64,000 nt of DNA from an uncultured Acidobacteriota bacterium (GTDB taxonomy: Bacteria; Acidobacteriota; Thermoanaerobaculia; Multivoradales; SZUA-115): contig CAWDVR010000002.1 in assembly GCA_963805975.1 (NCBI GenBank), positions 864,001 through 928,000 of the forward strand. The letters are read 5' to 3'. The position numbers and the translations under genes were made by a program. The notes beneath the pieces were generated by a model. It had not been told where the DNA came from and did not search any database. It saw only the letters and a program-made list of their open reading frames with translations. This document shows, in pieces, positions 59,720 through 64,000 of this stretch. Each line of letters begins with the position of its first letter. Within the stretch, counting starts at the first letter, position 1.

Positions 59720-61117
59720 ATGAAACCAGCACTGACACTGGCCTCGCTCTGCCTTCTGCTCGCCGCTCCCGCCGGTGCCCAAGGTCTGCCTCCGGCAGCC
59801 TGCGGCAATGACGAGCCATTCATCGACTGCTTCAACCGCATCGAGGGTGCCGTTCTCGAGGCTGCGGTTGCCCAGGAAGTGCACGAAGAAACTGCGAAGA
59901 AACTGGCGAGCGAAGGTTCCGCGGCCGGCGAAGGCAGCCTGCGCGACACGCTCGCGTCGTTCTTCGGGGCCCTCGACCTCGGCACCATCAGCCGCGAGGG
60001 GCAGAGCATCACCCTGAACTTCAACCCCAACCGGTTCCGCCTCGGTCCACACAACAAGATCTCCTTCGGCGTGGAGATGCGCGAGCCCGAAGTCTTCTCG
60101 AACCTGATCGACGAGGTGCCCGAGGACGACCGGGCGAACCGCAAGGACGAGCTCGGCAAACAGCTCGAAGACCTGGACGACATGACGGTCTCAGTGGCCT
60201 GGAACCGCGAAGACCAGCGTTTCGGCCGCAACAGCAAGCCGCACAAGAAGCTCCTCAAGGCCGTGGCCGGCTTCGAAGAGAACACCCAGGCGCTCATCGA
60301 TCTCTTGCCTGGCACGGGTATCGAGCTCAGCTCCTCTAGATCCTCGGTACCGGAATCAAGGCGCGCACAAGCTGGCGAGCTGGAGCGCCGGCTGGTCGCC
60401 ATGGCCCTGGCCGTCCAGGAGCGGCTGACGGACGACCCAACCTTCATTTCCAAAGACCTCTCACTGCTCGACGACCTGCTGAACAATCAACCGCAGCTCG
60501 AGGTCTCCGGGTCTCTCCGTGAACGGGCCGACCTGGTCGGCCGGGACGAGATTCTCGGCAAGGTCAGCTACGAGTGGGGCTGGGCGAACCTCAATGCCTA
60601 CCGTAGATCCCTCGATGGGGCGGAGCCCAACCCTGTCAACTTCACGGCGTTCTTGCAGGACAACGACCTCCTGGCCGCGGATGGTGGGCCGGGGCCGATG
60701 CTCAAGTACGGCCTGCGGCTCTCGACCTCGCTCGAGTACGCTCGCCTCCGGCCCTATCACTTCGAGCTGCCCGACGACGGGGTGGTGCTCGACCTCAAGA
60801 ACCACGAGAAATGGACTGGCTCCCTTTCGCTCGGCTCCGCCATCGCGTTCGACGCCGAGGGCAACGCCACCTCGCGCTGGGAGCTCGAGGGCAGCTACGT
60901 GCGAGTGGAAGACGATCCGACACGGCCGGAGACGCGCATCCTGGGCACCCTGAGCGTGATCCAGGAGCTGACCGACGGCAGCAGCGTCTCCCTGGGCCTG
61001 GTCTACGCCAACAAGCCCGAGCTGCTGGAGGCCCAGGACGTCGACCACGAGATCTCCGCCCGCGTGGGGCTCAAGTACTCGCTCGACCGCAAGCCGGGGA
61101 GCACTGGCGGCGGGTAG
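59720..61117 (+). CDS. Exported protein with probable C-terminal outer-membrane beta-barrel
   Basis: Signal peptide APAGA/Q. C-terminal amphipathic strands (LRLSTSLEY, WTGSLSLG, WELEGSY, SVSLGLVY, ARVGLKYSL). Confidence 0.7.
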   Translation: MKPALTLASLCLLLAAPAGAQGLPPAACGNDEPFIDCFNRIEGAVLEAAVAQEVHEETAKKLASEGSAAGEGSLRDTLASFFGALDLGTISREGQSITLNFNPNRFRLGPHNKISFGVEMREPEVFSNLIDEVPEDDRANRKDELGKQLEDLDDMTVSVAWNREDQRFGRNSKPHKKLLKAVAGFEENTQALIDLLPGTGIELSSSRSSVPESRRAQAGELERRLVAMALAVQERLTDDPTFISKDLSLLDDLLNNQPQLEVSGSLRERADLVGRDEILGKVSYEWGWANLNAYRRSLDGAEPNPVNFTAFLQDNDLLAADGGPGPMLKYGLRLSTSLEYARLRPYHFELPDDGVVLDLKNHEKWTGSLSLGSAIAFDAEGNATSRWELEGSYVRVEDDPTRPETRILGTLSVIQELTDGSSVSLGLVYANKPELLEAQDVDHEISARVGLKYSLDRKPGSTGGG

Positions 61118-61169
61118 GCGCTGCGACCGCTCTTGGGGGTAGGATCTCTCCGCGGGAGGTCCTATCCCT

Positions 61170-61550
61170 ATGCAGCGCAAGACCCAGCAACGAACCGCCA
61201 TCCGTTCCGTGATCGAGGAGGCCGACCGGCCGCTGTCGCCGCTCGAGATCCTCTCCTCGGCCGAGGACCAGGCTCCGGGGCTGGGCATCGCCACGGTGTA
61301 CCGGAACATCAAGGCCATGGTCCAGGAGGGCTGGCTCCGCATCGTGGAGCTGCCGGGCGCGCCCAGCCGCTACGAGGTCGCCGGCAAGGGCCACCACCAC
61401 CACTTCCACTGCCGGGCCTGCGACCGGGTGTTCGAGGTGGACGACTGCCCCGGCCGGCTGTCCGACCTCGCTCCCAGGGGCTTCCTGGCCGAGGCCCACG
61501 ACATCATCCTCTACGGCCTCTGCGCCGCCTGCTCGACCTACGTGGGGTGA
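61170..61550 (+). CDS. Fur family transcriptional regulator
   Basis: TQQRTAI, GIATVYRN, HHHHFHCRAC, C-terminal CAAC. Confidence 0.92.
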   Translation: MQRKTQQRTAIRSVIEEADRPLSPLEILSSAEDQAPGLGIATVYRNIKAMVQEGWLRIVELPGAPSRYEVAGKGHHHHFHCRACDRVFEVDDCPGRLSDLAPRGFLAEAHDIILYGLCAACSTYVG

Positions 61551-61640
61551 GAGCCGGGGGCACGGGCGCCCCGAAACCCGCGTGATACCATCCGCCGCCA
61601 CACGGTTGTCACACGATCCCTACATCTCGCGGGAGGCCCG

Positions 61641-62309
61641 GTGAAGCTCGACGCCGTGATCCGCTGGTTCATGCCCAAGGAAGAGCGCTTCCACGAGCTC
61701 TTCGACCGCAACACGGCCAACCTACTCGCCGGCGCCCGCGTCTTCGCCGCGGTGGCCGCCTCGACCAGCCTCGAGATGCGCCGCGTCAAGGTGGTGGAGC
61801 TCAAGGGCCTGGAGCACGTGGGCGACCAGATCACCAACCAGATCTTCGACGCCCTCAACTCCACCTTCATCACCCCGATGGACCGCGAGGACATCCGCTC
61901 GCTGGCCAACGACCTGGACGACGTGCTGGACTACTTCGAGAGCGTCGCCACCTCGCTGGTCCTCTTCGAGCTCGACGACAGCCCCGAGGCGCTGCGCCAG
62001 TTCGCGGCGATCCTGGAGTCGATGAGCGAGGAGATCGAGGGCGCCACCTCGCTGATCTGGAACCTCGGCAACGCCAAGGCGATCCAGGAGTCGCTGATCC
62101 GCGTCTCGGAGCTCGAGAACCGCGCGGACCAGCTCTACCAGACGGTGATCGCCGAGATCTTCAAGGGCAAGGGCGGCTTCGGGCCCAAGGGCGGCGACCC
62201 GCTCGAGATCCTCAAGTGGAAAGAGGTCTACGACGGGCTCGAGAACGCCTGCGACGCCTGCAAGGACACCACGCACGTGCTCGGCAACATCCTGGTCAAG
62301 GGCGTCTAG
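61641..62309 (+). CDS. DUF47 family phosphate transport regulator (PhoU-like)
   Basis: LEHVGD, TFITPMDREDI, LDDVLD, LENRAD, LENACD. Confidence 0.92.
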   Translation: MKLDAVIRWFMPKEERFHELFDRNTANLLAGARVFAAVAASTSLEMRRVKVVELKGLEHVGDQITNQIFDALNSTFITPMDREDIRSLANDLDDVLDYFESVATSLVLFELDDSPEALRQFAAILESMSEEIEGATSLIWNLGNAKAIQESLIRVSELENRADQLYQTVIAEIFKGKGGFGPKGGDPLEILKWKEVYDGLENACDACKDTTHVLGNILVKGV

Positions 62310-62314
62310 CCGCC

Positions 62315-63301
62315 ATGGAGTACGCGGTCCTCGGCATCATCGTCGTGGCCCTGGCGTTCGACTTCCTGAACGGCTTCCACGACGCCGCCAACTCGATCGC
62401 CACCGTGGTCTCGACGCGGGTGCTGTCGCCGCAGAAGGCGGTGGTGTGGGCCGCGGTCTTCAACTTCGTGGCCGCCTTCGTGCTCGGCACGCACGTGGCG
62501 AAGACCATGGGCAAGGGCATGATCGACCTCTCGGTCGTCACCCAGGAGGTGATCTTCGCCGGCCTCTTGGGCGCCATCTTCTGGAACCTCTTCACCTGGT
62601 ACTACGGCCTGCCGGTCTCCTCCTCGCACGCCCTGATCGGCGGCTACGCGGGCGCCGCGGTGGCCAAGGCCGGGTTCGGGGCGATCCTGGTCGGCGGCTG
62701 GGCGAAGCCTCTGCTCTTCATCGTGCTGGCGCCGATGATCGGCGGCACCCTGGGCTTCCTGCTGATGGTGACCGTGACCTGGATCTTCCGCCGCTGGCAC
62801 CCGTTCCGGCTGGACTCTCTCTTCCGCCGCCTGCAGCTCCTCTCGGCGGCGGTCTACAGCCTCGGGCACGGCGGCAACGACGCCCAGAAGACGATGGGCA
62901 TCATCACCGGCCTGCTGGTCGCCTCCGGCTACCTGGCGACGTTCGAGGTGCCCGTCTGGGTGATCCTGATCAGCCATGCCGCCATCGCGCTCGGCACCAT
63001 GTTCGGCGGCTGGCGCATCGTCAAGACCATGGGCACGCGCATCACCAAGCTCCAGCCCTTCGGCGGTTTCTGCGCCGAGACCGCCGGCGCCATCACGCTC
63101 ATCGGCGCCACCCTGGGCGGCATCCCGGTCTCGACCACTCACACCATCACCGGCGCCATCATCGGCGTGGGCGCCACGCGCCGCCTCTCGGCCGTCAAAT
63201 GGGGCGTAGCCGGCCGCATCCTCTGGGCCTGGGTGCTGACGATCCCCATCTCGGCGCTGGTCTCCGCGCTGTGCTTCTGGGGAGTGGAGCTGGTCCGCTA
63301 G
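62315..63301 (+). CDS. pit: PiT family inorganic phosphate transporter
   Basis: NGFHDAANSIAT, PVSSSHAL, HGGNDAQK, PVSTTH. Confidence 0.95.
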   Translation: MEYAVLGIIVVALAFDFLNGFHDAANSIATVVSTRVLSPQKAVVWAAVFNFVAAFVLGTHVAKTMGKGMIDLSVVTQEVIFAGLLGAIFWNLFTWYYGLPVSSSHALIGGYAGAAVAKAGFGAILVGGWAKPLLFIVLAPMIGGTLGFLLMVTVTWIFRRWHPFRLDSLFRRLQLLSAAVYSLGHGGNDAQKTMGIITGLLVASGYLATFEVPVWVILISHAAIALGTMFGGWRIVKTMGTRITKLQPFGGFCAETAGAITLIGATLGGIPVSTTHTITGAIIGVGATRRLSAVKWGVAGRILWAWVLTIPISALVSALCFWGVELVR

Positions 63302-63705
63302 CCGGGGGCGCCTCTGAGGTTCTCTGCCTTCAGCGTGGCCACCTCGACGACTTGATTGAAGTGGCTGTCGAGATGGTAGAGCGTGGCCCCGGCGCGGATC
63401 GCTGACGCCGCGATGATCAGGTCGGTTGTCGGGACGGTGATGGCCCGGCGGCGGAGCCTGAAACCAAGCTCCACTGCGAGCTCGAAATCCTTGGTCTCCA
63501 GGTCCAGCAGATGGAACGCATCGAAGTCGGCTGCGAGCTTTCGCAGCTCGAACTCATTCGGTGCGAACGCCAGGATTTCGACGCGGATGAGCCCATTCAC
63601 CGCCACCTGATCGGCGGCGATGGCCTGGGCCACCTTTCTGCGAGCCTCCGGCTGACCGGCTGGTCGGTAGTACTCGATGAAAGCCGAGCTGTCGACGAGA
63701 ATCAC
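63298..63705 (-). CDS. vapC: PIN-domain VapC toxin
   Basis: ILVDSSAFI, E in helix 2, TTDLIIAASA, HLDSHF; GTGA overlap with the antitoxin gene. Confidence 0.9.
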   Translation of the reverse strand: MILVDSSAFIEYYRPAGQPEARRKVAQAIAADQVAVNGLIRVEILAFAPNEFELRKLAADFDAFHLLDLETKDFELAVELGFRLRRRAITVPTTDLIIAASAIRAGATLYHLDSHFNQVVEVATLKAENLRGAPG

Positions 63706-63908
63706 GATTCCTGCCGCAGCCGCTCGAGCGTCGCCTGATCGAGAGTGAGGTCGATCCGTCCTTGGTGGTCCAGGGCGTCGGCCAGACGCCGCCTGCGAAC
63801 TGCTTCGCTCAAGGCGGCGCGGATCGTCTCGACCTTGCTCGAGGTGCCGAGGGCTTCGCCCGCTTCCCGAATCAAGCTGTCCTCGACACTCACGCTCATC
63901 CGGCCCAT
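63702..63908 (-). CDS. vapB: VapB family (DUF2191-type) antitoxin
   Basis: MGRMSVSVEDSLIREAGEALGTSSKVETIRAALSEAVRRR; RBS GGAGG. Confidence 0.85.
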   Translation of the reverse strand: MGRMSVSVEDSLIREAGEALGTSSKVETIRAALSEAVRRRRLADALDHQGRIDLTLDQATLERLRQES

Positions 63909-64000
63909 ATCGCACCTCCAATCAGCACCACGAGGATACACCAGTGCGAGGTGTGTGCCCGTCGGAGAAGCCTGCACGCGAGAGGCTAAGATGAAGGCTC

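Overview
GC-rich (roughly 70% by eye) bacterial chromosomal segment. It is probably Acidobacteriota, an inference from the ADOP-type duplicated permease, FG-GAP proteins and PEGA-domain Ser/Thr kinase. About 58 protein-coding loci and one tRNA-Ala(CGC) are supported. Most other ORFs in the six-frame track are antisense or alternate-frame shadows typical of high GC. Core content: an M16 peptidase pair with a Ser/Thr kinase, a beta-CASP ribonuclease, a two-component system, katE, an ECF42/YciI pair, ArsR-SRPBCC-AlkD, a GGDEF/EAL protein, pgi, rnd, msrA/msrB, several transporters and peptidases, and Fur, DUF47 and Pit. Accessory material: three complete type II toxin-antitoxin (TA) loci, one orphan antitoxin, a DUF429-like nuclease tightly linked to a Phd-VapC pair, three families of short palindromic repeats, a decayed cytochrome P460 gene, and several secreted or outer-membrane proteins of unknown function. 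Two genes (ECF42 sigma, S8 peptidase) carry 2 and 5 small frameshifts that look like assembly errors. No CRISPR array, integrase, transposase or prophage was seen. The best candidates for undescribed biology are the TA + DUF429 nuclease cassette (16.1-17.8 kb), the small beta-protein + outer-membrane protein pair (59.3-61.1 kb), and a possible sigma54-to-ECF stress cascade. All family assignments come from motif recognition by eye; no database search was run.
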